In this document: in pieces, positions 18,144-27,806 of the stretch
Numbering within the stretch: position 1 is the stretch's first letter
Layout of the letters: each line of letters opens with the position of its first letter
IMG/VR virus record: IMGVR_UViG_3300047282_000191
Span: 25,717 to 89,716 of that record
Strand: one strand, 5' to 3'
DNA: 64,000 nt
DNA from: a virus
Lineage: Duplodnaviria > Caudoviricetes
Made by a program: the position numbers and the translations under genes
Notes under the pieces: generated by a model
Databases searched by the model: none
Told to the model about the DNA's origin: nothing
Seen by the model: only the letters and a program-made list of their open reading frames with translations

Positions 18144-21100
18144 TTAACCGTATGAAGACATTTGACCTAAAACTACCCAAGCTCCTGCACTAGTTCTAAT
18201 TAGTGTGAATACAACGACGTCAGTTTTATTAGCTTGAGGAGTAGGTTGTGTGTTACCCGCCCATCTGATAGTTTGTGATGCTGAATTAATCTGTACAGCT
18301 GTAGGTAAGTATCCTGTACTACCTTGTGCTAATACTAATGTAACAGACATGATCCTACCAGATGTTGTCGGCACGTTGGTAAAGTTAGCAGTAAAGTTTG
18401 CACTAATGCTGGAATGATAGAACACGTCAGTAACAGCGAAATCATGTGTTACTGTACCAGTCGCAGAAGTCTTAGAATCCATCAATTCAACGATCGACTC
18501 GACGTTAGTGATACCACCAACTTGTAAGTTATTGTTGATCGTTGTAGTACCAGTCGCAGCACCGATATTAACTGTAGTAGCAGCACCAAACGCATTTACT
18601 GTGGTTGCATTTGTATTGAATAGTGTTACAGTTCCTGTAGATGTTGTAGTGATGTCTCCACCATTTACAGCGATGTCTCCAGTTAAAGTTAATCCTCCAA
18701 CTCTTAGATCACCATATGTTAATCCAGTGCCAGAGAAGTTAACTGTGCTTAAAGGTGCTAGTTCATCTAAACCAGTAAATAGTTTAAACACTCCATCTGA
18801 AGCATCTCTCACTAAACCGCTAAACTTAGGTTGGAAGACGACCTTTCCATTTGCGTGTGTAGCTGCCGTTGTGCTATTAGCTCCACGAGTACATCCAGTG
18901 AATGTTGTAGCAGTTTTACCGGTATATGTGATCTCTTCACTTTCGATGTATAGATGTCCAGTAGAACCAAATGCTGCTGTACTTGTCACCGTGATCGTAG
19001 TAGCTGAAGCTGATATACCACCAACGATATTGATCGTAGTAGCTTGTGAACTGTGGATACCATAGAAACCTAAGTCAACGGTGTCTGTTGAGTTTCCTGT
19101 ACCCATCTTGATCATAGGATCTGAAACTGCAAGTGTTGAAGTTTCTAGTGATGAACCAGCACCACCGATAGAGATCGCACCTGTAATATTAACGTTACCG
19201 CCAACATACAAGTTACCTTGTAATCCAACACCACCATCAATACGTAAAGCACCTGTCGTTACGCTTGTAGCTTCAGTATTAGCATAGATCTCTACGCCTT
19301 CAGCATGACCCGCTCTTGCTGCACCGATGATTCGTAGTTTTTCATTACCAGCATCAAATCCATTTGTAAAGAATACGATATCGTTTTGTGTTCCAGTATT
19401 ATCTGTACCAATCAACATGTTGCCAGTAGATGATGTACCTGCTGGTGCTGACATGAAGATGTATCCAGTAGAAGGACCTGTAACTGTGAACGTTGGATCG
19501 TTGTAGTTCTCAGATGTGATACCCATATCCATCCAACCAGAGTCATTGTCTCCGTTAGATGAATATACGATCATGTCTGTAGAAGCACCTGTACCACTAT
19601 TAAAGTTCTTCAATGCTACTTGTACGAATGAATCTGCGTGACCAGTAAATACTGCAGATGCATCGGTTAGACCAACATAACCAGCGTATACTGTGTCATC
19701 TTGTGTAAGCTGTTTAGCTGTGACTTCTCCATCACGACCTTGATAGATAGCACCACCATAAGCTTGGATCTCACCGTCTAGGTTCAAGTTACCTTGTAAT
19801 CCAACACCGCCTTGTACTCTTAATGCACCAGTGAATGGGTTATATGAAGCTGTATTGATATAAACCTCAATACCAGCTGGATCTTTTTGTTGTGTGATAG
19901 TCCTAGATGTAAGAGTTTGACGTTGATCTACAGTATATGTTCCAACTCCACCAGCAGTTCCTGTGAGTTGAGATGATATAGTAGTTCCGTTGACGACACC
20001 TGTACCAGTAATTGTCTTTGTACCATCAAATATGATAGGTCCACCGCTAGCAATAGCTGTAACTGTTAATACGTTATCTGCGATTGAGCCAGTGAATACT
20101 GCTCCGCTTCTGCTTTCACCAATGATACGCATCTTTTCTGCGTCTGTATTTGTTGTCGGATCGAAACCACCTGTAACGAACACGATGTCTTTTTCAACTC
20201 CGTTTTCACCAGTAGCGATGACTAAGTTACCAGGACCAGTTGAACCAACTGGAGCGTTCATGAACAAGTATCCGTCATGAACGTCAGTGATACCATATCC
20301 AGAGGTGATATCGAATCCAGAGGATGTGATACCCATGTCGATCCAACCTGAATCGTTGTCACCGTCATCTGTGTAGCAGATCAAGTCTGTAGATGCTGCA
20401 GGACCATCATTGATATTCTTAAGAGCGATTTGACCAAACGCATCAACGTCAGAAACGGCTAAGAACTTAACATCTGTTAAGCCAACATAACCAGCATATT
20501 GATGATCGTCTTGTAGATAAAGCTGTGCGTCTTCACCGATGAAGATAGAAGCTGATGCACTTGTTCCAGCGGTCTCACCGATGATCACATGATCTTGAAG
20601 ATGGATCGTTTCAGCTGCAAGGTGTGCAGTTAATGACCATTCCGGTTCTGTGCCAGCAGGATTTACTACTAAAATAGGTTGGCTTTGATGTGTAGATCCA
20701 TCATGATCTGTATGTGATGATCCTAAAGCTGCGATAGGTAGACGAGTTGCACCGCTAGAATCACGATAGATGATATCGCCTCGAGTAGTAACTACAGCTG
20801 AGGCAGAACCGTCAGCGAGTACTTGCCAATAAGTGTTAGTTGTATCTGCTGCAGGAGAGTTACCTGATGATGCAGTGTGTGCTTGGATACAAATATGAGT
20901 ACTTGTACCTTGTTTAACAAGTTGATTTAACTTGTATGCTGTACCACTTGTCCAGTTACCTGACCATTCTAAGCCTTCGCTGAATAGTTCCCAATGGCCT
21001 GTATCATATGGAGTTTCTGTAGTAGCGTCAGCTGTACATAAGTATTGATTGCCGCCGTAACGAACTAGATCACCTGTCTTATATGGTAATACACCAGAAC

Positions 21101-21611
21101 CTGATGCAATCCAATCTCCGCGATTGTTTAGACCTTCAACGAAAGGTCTCCATATAGTAACATCAGATGTTGGTGTAACGTTATCATTTGCTTCTAGTGC
21201 ATAATAAGTATAACCGCCGTATGAAACTACGTCGCCAATTTGATATTCTACTGCTGGATCCCAAGATTCTTCTACTTCAACACCTTTTGCGAAGATGTCC
21301 CAGTAACTTGGGTTTAGTGTTGCGGTTGCGGTGTGTGCTGTTGTACAGATGTATGATGATCCACCATATGCAACGATGTCGTTTACTTTATAGTATGTTG
21401 CATTTGTGTATACGTTTTTCCATTCAAAGCCATCGTTCATTAATTGCCATTTGGCAGAATCTGCGTATAATGTTGCCGCAGCCACGTGTCCTTGTACGCA
21501 CACATATGATTTTCCGCCGTGTCGTACGATGTCATCTTTCACATACGTAGCAGCAGTCGTCCATGCGCCTTTCCATACGAATTTAAGTCTACCTAATTTA
21601 AACTCTGCCAT
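18144..21611 (-). CDS. Large virion fibre protein with N-terminal CBM5/12-like repeats and an internal duplication
   Basis: MAEFKLGRLKFVWKG.W start; about 5-6 W....Y...D.V.YGG..Y.C repeats; duplicated ALKN....ASTD...GDNDSGW.DMGITS domain. Confidence 0.75.
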   Translation of the reverse strand: MAEFKLGRLKFVWKGAWTTAATYVKDDIVRHGGKSYVCVQGHVAAATLYADSAKWQLMNDGFEWKNVYTNATYYKVNDIVAYGGSSYICTTAHTATATLNPSYWDIFAKGVEVEESWDPAVEYQIGDVVSYGGYTYYALEANDNVTPTSDVTIWRPFVEGLNNRGDWIASGSGVLPYKTGDLVRYGGNQYLCTADATTETPYDTGHWELFSEGLEWSGNWTSGTAYKLNQLVKQGTSTHICIQAHTASSGNSPAADTTNTYWQVLADGSASAVVTTRGDIIYRDSSGATRLPIAALGSSHTDHDGSTHQSQPILVVNPAGTEPEWSLTAHLAAETIHLQDHVIIGETAGTSASASIFIGEDAQLYLQDDHQYAGYVGLTDVKFLAVSDVDAFGQIALKNINDGPAASTDLICYTDDGDNDSGWIDMGITSSGFDITSGYGITDVHDGYLFMNAPVGSTGPGNLVIATGENGVEKDIVFVTGGFDPTTNTDAEKMRIIGESRSGAVFTGSIADNVLTVTAIASGGPIIFDGTKTITGTGVVNGTTISSQLTGTAGGVGTYTVDQRQTLTSRTITQQKDPAGIEVYINTASYNPFTGALRVQGGVGLQGNLNLDGEIQAYGGAIYQGRDGEVTAKQLTQDDTVYAGYVGLTDASAVFTGHADSFVQVALKNFNSGTGASTDMIVYSSNGDNDSGWMDMGITSENYNDPTFTVTGPSTGYIFMSAPAGTSSTGNMLIGTDNTGTQNDIVFFTNGFDAGNEKLRIIGAARAGHAEGVEIYANTEATSVTTGALRIDGGVGLQGNLYVGGNVNITGAISIGGAGSSLETSTLAVSDPMIKMGTGNSTDTVDLGFYGIHSSQATTINIVGGISASATTITVTSTAAFGSTGHLYIESEEITYTGKTATTFTGCTRGANSTTAATHANGKVVFQPKFSGLVRDASDGVFKLFTGLDELAPLSTVNFSGTGLTYGDLRVGGLTLTGDIAVNGGDITTTSTGTVTLFNTNATTVNAFGAATTVNIGAATGTTTINNNLQVGGITNVESIVELMDSKTSATGTVTHDFAVTDVFYHSSISANFTANFTNVPTTSGRIMSVTLVLAQGSTGYLPTAVQINSASQTIRWAGNTQPTPQANKTDVVVFTLIRTSAGAWVVLGQMSSYG

Positions 21612-21647
21612 TTGTTATTTCCTTTGAATTGCAGTTAAATGCTATTA

Positions 21648-22436
21648 TTAATCGTCGTAACCTATCCAAGTACCGGTATTAGAGAATGTTGTTATATTCG
21701 TGTATCCTCTAAATACATTTGCGTATTGGCTATTGAATACGCCAGCCTTCATAAGTCCAGTGTTTGTAAATGATTCAACCGTAGTTTCTATAAGTATTGC
21801 ATATCCGTTATACCTATTAACCACAGGATCATTTTGTAAATTACCATTGCAACCTATAATATTACCATTATTTATGATGCTTACACCATTCTTAAATTGT
21901 TTATCAATAGTCAATGCTGGTTTAGTTGGATGTGTAGATCCAATGTTTCCATTAATCGTAACTATCGCTTCAGATAAACCATTCCATCCCATAGAAATCA
22001 ACTTATCATATAAATTAATGTTATAATTTTCACCAACAATAGTGAATGTTTGTTGGTGACCCGTCGGGATTTGAATATCTTCTACTTCTGATAATTGTAG
22101 TTTACTTGTATCTAAAGTAAAATTGCCATCTGAATCGATGTAGTATGTTTGTTCGGCATTCACCCATTTCCACTGCTCATACTTAACATCCGCAGAACTA
22201 AATGATAGTTCGTGATCTTCGCCTCTACCATTAAAAAAATCATCACCGAGTTGATAATCATCAAAAGCAGCTGGGACTTCTTCTCCAAATAATTGAAAAT
22301 CTGCATTCGGATCAGCATCACTTACTTTAAGTAAGTATAAATCGCCATCCTCTGTACGTCTAAGCGCATACAAGTAAGTGGCAGAAGGGTTATTGTATTC
22401 TTCTACAGATTTGCCTAAGATATATGGAGTAGTCAT
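21648..22436 (-). CDS. Hypothetical virion-associated protein
   Basis: Open frame inside the fibre operon; beta-helix-like I.N.G.I.G pattern in the C-terminal part. Confidence 0.55.
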   Translation of the reverse strand: MTTPYILGKSVEEYNNPSATYLYALRRTEDGDLYLLKVSDADPNADFQLFGEEVPAAFDDYQLGDDFFNGRGEDHELSFSSADVKYEQWKWVNAEQTYYIDSDGNFTLDTSKLQLSEVEDIQIPTGHQQTFTIVGENYNINLYDKLISMGWNGLSEAIVTINGNIGSTHPTKPALTIDKQFKNGVSIINNGNIIGCNGNLQNDPVVNRYNGYAILIETTVESFTNTGLMKAGVFNSQYANVFRGYTNITTFSNTGTWIGYDD

Positions 22437-22443
22437 ATTAACC

Positions 22444-22785
22444 TTATGAGTATGTTATAACAACTAAACTGAATATTACATCTAATCCATCAGTCGTATC
22501 ACATACTATGCTTACAGTATTAGATGGAGCTAAAAGTAATTTTTCTCCACCATTGATAATCCTAGCACTACTTTGTGGTGCTATCTCTAAATCTTTAATA
22601 TAGTGTCCTTTTACAGATGTAGCATCTGTAAGATACACTGAAGCTTTTACAATGTTATTAGTAACATTTGCTAAGCTTAAACCAACACATGCTCCTTTTT
22701 GTGAAGGACTTGTGGAAATAAGAGTTTGTTCAGTCTTACCTAAATTTTTTATTACTTTGTTTGTAATATTACTTACTGATGCCAT
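22444..22785 (-). CDS. Small beta-rich structural protein often flanking fibre genes
   Basis: VGLSLAN.....V.ASV, I.P.SS..II.GGEKL.L pattern. Confidence 0.55.
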   Translation of the reverse strand: MASVSNITNKVIKNLGKTEQTLISTSPSQKGACVGLSLANVTNNIVKASVYLTDATSVKGHYIKDLEIAPQSSARIINGGEKLLLAPSNTVSIVCDTTDGLDVIFSLVVITYS

Positions 22786-22788
22786 GTC

Positions 22789-23052
22789 TTATCCAAAAAT
22801 AATAGATTGAACCAATGCAATTTCTTCTGCACCAGCTTGTGTAACTGATTCGCCGACTTGAGCTACGTTTTGCCATTCTGTGCCATTATAGATTTCACAT
22901 ACTTCTGAATCATCACTGTAGCGCATAGTTCCTTTTATAGGAGCAGCAGGTCTTTCAAAACCAGTCCCATAAGGAATGACGAATGATCGCCCTGGTGCGT
23001 TATCAACGATAAAATCGTCTTTGATTGTGAATGCTTTATTAGTCGTTGTCAT
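22789..23052 (-). CDS. Small fibre-module protein
   Basis: IP.GT..ERP.....G..RY......E.YNG..W motif, also present inside the 461-aa fibre. Confidence 0.55.
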   Translation of the reverse strand: MTTTNKAFTIKDDFIVDNAPGRSFVIPYGTGFERPAAPIKGTMRYSDDSEVCEIYNGTEWQNVAQVGESVTQAGAEEIALVQSIIFG

Positions 23053-23059
23053 ATTATTC

Positions 23060-23067
23060 TATTTATA
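23060..23067 (-). promoter_or_regulatory. T4-type late promoter TATAAATA
   Basis: Plus strand TATTTATA at 23060-23067, 7 nt before the next start codon. Confidence 0.75.
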
Positions 23068-23569
23068 ATTGCTGCATGACGCGGACAAATTTAGCTTGAT
23101 AATTAGTATTGGAAGCCAGAGGAGTGCTTGTAATTTTTAGCCTCAATTGTCCACTCATAATATCAACAGTAACAGTTGCTATTTCACCATTGGTGTCTAT
23201 TACACCGTATCTTGTAACAAAGGCATCAACTCCATTTGTAATAGCAATGACTTCCATCGCTTGATAATAGGGTTGTGCTGTTGCTCCACTACTTTGTATT
23301 TCAACGAAATATTTTGCTGTCTTATATAATGTGACATCAAATGAATCTAATACAATTGTAGTTTCAGTCGCATGATTCCACCCCTTAGCATTTGATTCCA
23401 ATATGCCAAATGGGATACCTTCAACGACTTCTTCACCATCAGCTACACGAGTATAAAGTTTACGATTATATGTGTTAATAGCAACTTCGCCTTCATACAA
23501 GACTGTACCATCAGGCACAGCATCCTGAGTATTATTTCTACGAAGTTGAACTATTGTACCGTTTGTCAT
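23063..23569 (-). CDS. Fibre-associated protein with an Mtd/hyaluronidase-type N-terminal motif
   Basis: IVQLRR.......P....L..GE.AIN....KLY N-terminus; LDSF....Y.TAKY...I C-terminal domain. Confidence 0.6.
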   Translation of the reverse strand: MTNGTIVQLRRNNTQDAVPDGTVLYEGEVAINTYNRKLYTRVADGEEVVEGIPFGILESNAKGWNHATETTIVLDSFDVTLYKTAKYFVEIQSSGATAQPYYQAMEVIAITNGVDAFVTRYGVIDTNGEIATVTVDIMSGQLRLKITSTPLASNTNYQAKFVRVMQQL

Positions 23570-23742
23570 TATTCTTTAACTTCTTCTTTTTCTTTTTCAC
23601 TGGCTTCTAAGACAGCTATTCTATCTTGAGCAACAGCTAATTGTGTCTCTAATAAGATGACTTTATTCATCAGATCAGCGATCGCTCGTTGCTGACGCTC
23701 TACAAACTTATTCACAAATTCTTGACTTGCTTCAATTGCCAT
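23569..23742 (-). CDS. 57-aa coiled-coil protein (below the ORF-track cut-off)
   Basis: Hand-translated MAIEASQEFVNKFVERQQRAIADLMNKVILLETQLAVAQDRIAVLEASEKEKEEVKE; fills the gap and its TAA overlaps the next ATG (TAATG). Confidence 0.75.
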   Translation of the reverse strand: MAIEASQEFVNKFVERQQRAIADLMNKVILLETQLAVAQDRIAVLEASEKEKEEVKE

Positions 23743-23763
23743 AATATATCCTTAATAATTTAA

Positions 23764-25149
23764 TTAATATGTGCCACAATCAATATGCGAGAATACTGGA
23801 AGACCAGATGCATTCATCTGTAATACTTGGCCAGTTGTATCACCGCCGTTATATAAGCTAGTACCATCACCAGTAATAAAGCCAGTATCACCATTTACAT
23901 CAACCCAAGGCACTGCATTAGCAGTAAATGTTGAGAATGATAGTTCTGTTAATAATGCGTTGCCAAAGCGAACATCTGATGCGGTACCAGAGAAGGTATC
24001 GTTCGTATTTGTTGCATCTTCAATGAATGTAAAGCGATTTGCTGATGTGTCATAACCAAAGAAACCAGACTTAGCAGATGTACCATTATGCCATCTAAAT
24101 TCCAAACCTTTATCTAAACCGTCTGGAGCAGTGAGTGCAGTCTCTTCACCAGATGAATTAGATTGCATACCTAAAATGAGGGTAGGATTATTCGATTGGA
24201 CTGATGCTGAAGATACTGTTGTTGTAGTACCTTTGATTGTTAAGTTACCTTCAATAACAACAGAACCAGTATTTGAAGCACCTGTACTTGGATCTAAATA
24301 AAGAATGTCAGTACCAAATGTAGAGATCTTGTTGTTTAAGATCTGTGTACCGACTGGTGTTGCTGCTGTCAAGTCAGCTGAGAATTTTGATGAACCGTTG
24401 CTGTCAACACGCAATCTTTCAAGACCATCGGTGAACATACGTAATTGGTTATTGTTGGAACCAGGAGAATTTTCTGGAGAAACATATGTGTTACCATCAA
24501 TATCTTGTAAACGAGAACCGATAGCGTTCCATGCAATACCGTCATAACCTTCGAACACGTTTGTTGTTGTGTTGAAGCGGAACATACCTGCAAGAGGTGA
24601 TGCATCACGAGTTGCTGTATTACCAACAGGAACTCTGATAGAGTTCGTACTAGATATCTGTAAGTAACCAGTACCAGATGGTTCAATAAAGATTTTTCCA
24701 TCTGTTCTTGAAGAGCTGATGGTATCAACGTTGATGTTAGTTAAGTCAACGTCAGAATTAAAACTAATTGTACCTGTACCGTTAGCTTGAAGGTTTAAAT
24801 CACCGTTAGTTTCTGTAACAGATAATGTATTACCATCTAAACGAAGGTTATCAATGTTAAGTTGATTGACTTTACTATTAGAATCGGTAATAATTGCAGA
24901 ATTTGGACTTAGGACGCCGTTCTCATGATCCAACATGTCCATAAAATATTTACCGCCGATATGAACGATATCAGTGGCTTCACCGGCAACTTCAGTACCT
25001 GTACCAATGTATAGGCGATCTCCGCCGTTAGTGCTTACAACACCTTGAATTGGTAATTGTTGTAAGTAAGAATATGCTAACTCACCAGTAGCAAGTGTAC
25101 TTGGAACTCCACTTGTACCCGAGTTTTTAATTTTAATAATGGTTGCCAT
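23764..25149 (-). CDS. Tail fibre / baseplate appendage protein
   Basis: MATIIKIK.S....P..L..GELAY.....GDRLYIG, IGGKYF..MLDH..G.L..NSAII.D, IDNL.LDGNT motifs seen in T4-like aquatic phage fibres. Confidence 0.7.
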   Translation of the reverse strand: MATIIKIKNSGTSGVPSTLATGELAYSYLQQLPIQGVVSTNGGDRLYIGTGTEVAGEATDIVHIGGKYFMDMLDHENGVLSPNSAIITDSNSKVNQLNIDNLRLDGNTLSVTETNGDLNLQANGTGTISFNSDVDLTNINVDTISSSRTDGKIFIEPSGTGYLQISSTNSIRVPVGNTATRDASPLAGMFRFNTTTNVFEGYDGIAWNAIGSRLQDIDGNTYVSPENSPGSNNNQLRMFTDGLERLRVDSNGSSKFSADLTAATPVGTQILNNKISTFGTDILYLDPSTGASNTGSVVIEGNLTIKGTTTTVSSASVQSNNPTLILGMQSNSSGEETALTAPDGLDKGLEFRWHNGTSAKSGFFGYDTSANRFTFIEDATNTNDTFSGTASDVRFGNALLTELSFSTFTANAVPWVDVNGDTGFITGDGTSLYNGGDTTGQVLQMNASGLPVFSHIDCGTY

Positions 25150-25152
25150 GGT

Positions 25153-25380
25153 TTAGTACTTTCCTCCGATGATTTTAACCTTTGATCTTGGGTGATCAAC
25201 CGTAGCTGTTAGTTTAAATTTTGCAGTATCAGCATCATATATCATCATTGCTCCATCTTCCAATTCTGTAGCATCAATATCATTTAAGTCTAATAAGTTA
25301 AGTGACGTAATACCTAAAGCAAATGTACGTACTGTAACTGGTGTATCAAGTTTAATCTTTGATCTTAATGCGGTAGACAT
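25153..25380 (-). CDS. Small structural protein
   Basis: L.DL.D.D.T.L.DG..M.YD....KF motif found in fibre-associated proteins. Confidence 0.55.
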   Translation of the reverse strand: MSTALRSKIKLDTPVTVRTFALGITSLNLLDLNDIDATELEDGAMMIYDADTAKFKLTATVDHPRSKVKIIGGKY

Positions 25381-25391
25381 CTACAAATCCC

Positions 25392-25727
25392 TTAAGGTCG
25401 AGTTGCTCTTGGTGTTACTGTTACTTGCCCTTCAACGACTCGGATAACTGTACCCAAGGTCGAATGGACTATTTCTATATCATAAACATAACGACCGTCT
25501 CGCATAGCACTTGTTTGTGCTGCAGTTAATGTCAACTTTACTTCGCCCTGGTTGGTTGTCTTTGCACAACCAATATTCACTGCGGTAGAAGATGTATATG
25601 TTTTTCTAATTTGACCACGAACTGTATACGGACCAAGATCAATGGGCGTACCAATAGAATCTTCGATATCCAATGTGGCCACAAAGTCTGAGCCTTGGTC
25701 TATAACTAGGTTAACTAACTGAGACAT
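25392..25727 (-). CDS. BppU-N-like Ig-fold structural protein
   Basis: NL.IDQG.DF, DL..YT...QIRK.Y.S, G...L.LTA.QT....GRYVYD.E, RV.EG...VTP. Confidence 0.7.
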   Translation of the reverse strand: MSQLVNLVIDQGSDFVATLDIEDSIGTPIDLGPYTVRGQIRKTYTSSTAVNIGCAKTTNQGEVKLTLTAAQTSAMRDGRYVYDIEIVHSTLGTVIRVVEGQVTVTPRATRP

Positions 25728-25762
25728 TTATAGCAAAATCCAAAAAAGAGTTATTCTGGCTT

Positions 25763-25770
25763 TATTTATA
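25763..25770 (-). promoter_or_regulatory. T4-type late promoter TATAAATA
   Basis: Plus strand TATTTATA at 25763-25770, overlapping the DUF3050 stop codon. Confidence 0.75.
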
Positions 25771-26521
25771 TGAGTTGCGATTCTATGTCATCAAATAATT
25801 TAATTCTGGCTTTAATGGCTTTAATTGCGGCTTGTTCAGCCTCGTGAATTAAGAATGGATCATCTTTACAAAAATAATTAACCAAATGCTCTGACATGGG
25901 TCCATGGCTATCTCCATCGACCTGTATATGTCTTTCTAAGTAATAATGAAACTTAGGAGCATCAGTTTCTGATATATCGATCTGTTTAAGTAACCTTTTA
26001 AACATTGCTGGAATTACTGACTCTCTACCATAACAAAATGAAGCTGCGGCACAATGAGGTCCCATGTTTATAGCATCAAAAGTAGTTTTTACAAAATCCA
26101 TAGAGGCTTTTGGAACATACTCACATTCTATATGTGAATTGAACTTACTAACGGCATCCAGGTAATTTCTAACGGGCATTGTATCAGCACCTACTTCCAT
26201 CATTGCCTGTAAATATAAGTCAAAATGGCTTATAGATGATTTACCATCTGGAGATATATCAGACTCTTCACAAAGAACTATCTCATTGATCATCCTAGCA
26301 ATATCAGATCTTGTGCCAGGAGTTGGTAGCCATATATTACTAGTTGGCACTACATTGTGTTGTATAGTTTTTAATAGACTCATGAAATCCCATACCGCAA
26401 AGACGTGGTATTTCATGAAGATTCTAAGATCTTCAATAGATTGTATAGTATTAGTTACAAGAAGAGAATGATTCTCAAGCTGAGATCGGTGCTCTTGTAT
26501 CTTCTTTAGGTCTAATTTCAT
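25766..26521 (-). CDS. DUF3050 / heme-oxygenase-like (HDO) diiron protein
   Basis: FM..HVFAVWDFMSLLK, R.INEIVL.EESD, SHF.LYL.AM...GA, F..GRE..IP.MF, YYLERHI..DGD.HGP. Confidence 0.85.
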   Translation of the reverse strand: MKLDLKKIQEHRSQLENHSLLVTNTIQSIEDLRIFMKYHVFAVWDFMSLLKTIQHNVVPTSNIWLPTPGTRSDIARMINEIVLCEESDISPDGKSSISHFDLYLQAMMEVGADTMPVRNYLDAVSKFNSHIECEYVPKASMDFVKTTFDAINMGPHCAAASFCYGRESVIPAMFKRLLKQIDISETDAPKFHYYLERHIQVDGDSHGPMSEHLVNYFCKDDPFLIHEAEQAAIKAIKARIKLFDDIESQLI

Positions 26522-27806
26522 TTAATCCAGTTTCTAATAATTCTATAGGTTCATTAAACAATAATGAGAATGCGTTTTGTTGGATAGCAGAATACCAAAT
26601 CTTTTCTACTCTACAATTATGCAAAAATACTTCATCAGGAAACTTAATAGGACAACTAGACTTACAAAGTCTTCTAACTGGACATGTATAACAATGCTCG
26701 TGTTTTCTATCTAAATCTAATTGTATGATCTTAACACTCTTGATATCTTTGATATGACCTCCTTTAAATTTCTCAGAGGTGTGTGGGCATAACCTAACTT
26801 GTCCCATGATATCCATAGAAAGAATGTCAGCAGCATCAGCTCCACAATTTGAAGTCATTGTGATGGGTATTTGATGTCGAGTTAAAGCAGCATACTTAAG
26901 AACACCAGCATCTCCATCAATGACATTAGAGTTTAAGATACGATCTCCACCCTCTCTCAATTGTTTGATAGCAGCTTTAATATAGTCATTAACTATCTTT
27001 TTAAACTTGGGTAAATCATCGCCTTTGATGACATGCTCAGCTGAGTTTTTAGAGTCTGTATCATCATAAACTCGTGCAGGAATATAACTAATCCTTGCAT
27101 GTTTTAATCCCAATTTATCTTTTATAGCTTTAAAATAATCATTAATTTCAAAGAGATCGAAGTTTGTAGCAGAAACTACAGGATTAAAACTATATTGCAC
27201 TTTAGGACTCATGTCATCAAATTGTTTGATGACATCTACAACACTCTTTCTACCAAAGATATCTTCACCACGAAGTCTTTCATGTCCTGGACCATCATGT
27301 GAAATACCCATCATGACGCTTGCTGTTAAAGTCTTAAAGAAGTCAACATGCTTTTGCCTCAACGGAGATGCGTTTGTAGAAATGTAGAAGTGACGTCCTG
27401 GCCCATCAAGTAACTTCATGATTGGCACCATGTCATTCCAGTATAGAAACGGTTCACCGCCCCAAAGTTCGATACGTTCTAAGTTTTCTAAGTCAAGATA
27501 CTTGTTTATGGATTCTACAAATGATTCAAGCCAGAAGTTTTGTGGTCTCTCATCTGGATTACCAATATCTTTTTGCATACAATATGTGCATGAATAGTTA
27601 CATGCATGTCCTAAAAGGATTCGTAATGCAGTTGGCTTATTTGTCTTGTGTTGTACACCAAAGTTATGTTGTACATTTTCAAAGAATTCATAACCTTCTT
27701 TGGGAGGCAAAGATAGGATCTCGCCTTTATCATTATGAAGACTGTTATCCAAGTTTCTATAATAGAATACTTTACCAGATTGTGTTTGAAATTTACTAAA
27801 GCTCAT
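26475..27806 (-). CDS. Radical SAM/SPASM enzyme (rSAM-4)
   Basis: CNYSCTYC, ELWGGEPF, STN, ISHDGP, and C-terminal C...CP.H / C..C.....C...CP...C. Start moved to ATG 27806 (ATGA overlap with the upstream stop). Confidence 0.92.
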   Translation of the reverse strand: MSFSKFQTQSGKVFYYRNLDNSLHNDKGEILSLPPKEGYEFFENVQHNFGVQHKTNKPTALRILLGHACNYSCTYCMQKDIGNPDERPQNFWLESFVESINKYLDLENLERIELWGGEPFLYWNDMVPIMKLLDGPGRHFYISTNASPLRQKHVDFFKTLTASVMMGISHDGPGHERLRGEDIFGRKSVVDVIKQFDDMSPKVQYSFNPVVSATNFDLFEINDYFKAIKDKLGLKHARISYIPARVYDDTDSKNSAEHVIKGDDLPKFKKIVNDYIKAAIKQLREGGDRILNSNVIDGDAGVLKYAALTRHQIPITMTSNCGADAADILSMDIMGQVRLCPHTSEKFKGGHIKDIKSVKIIQLDLDRKHEHCYTCPVRRLCKSSCPIKFPDEVFLHNCRVEKIWYSAIQQNAFSLLFNEPIELLETGLNEIRPKEDTRAPISA

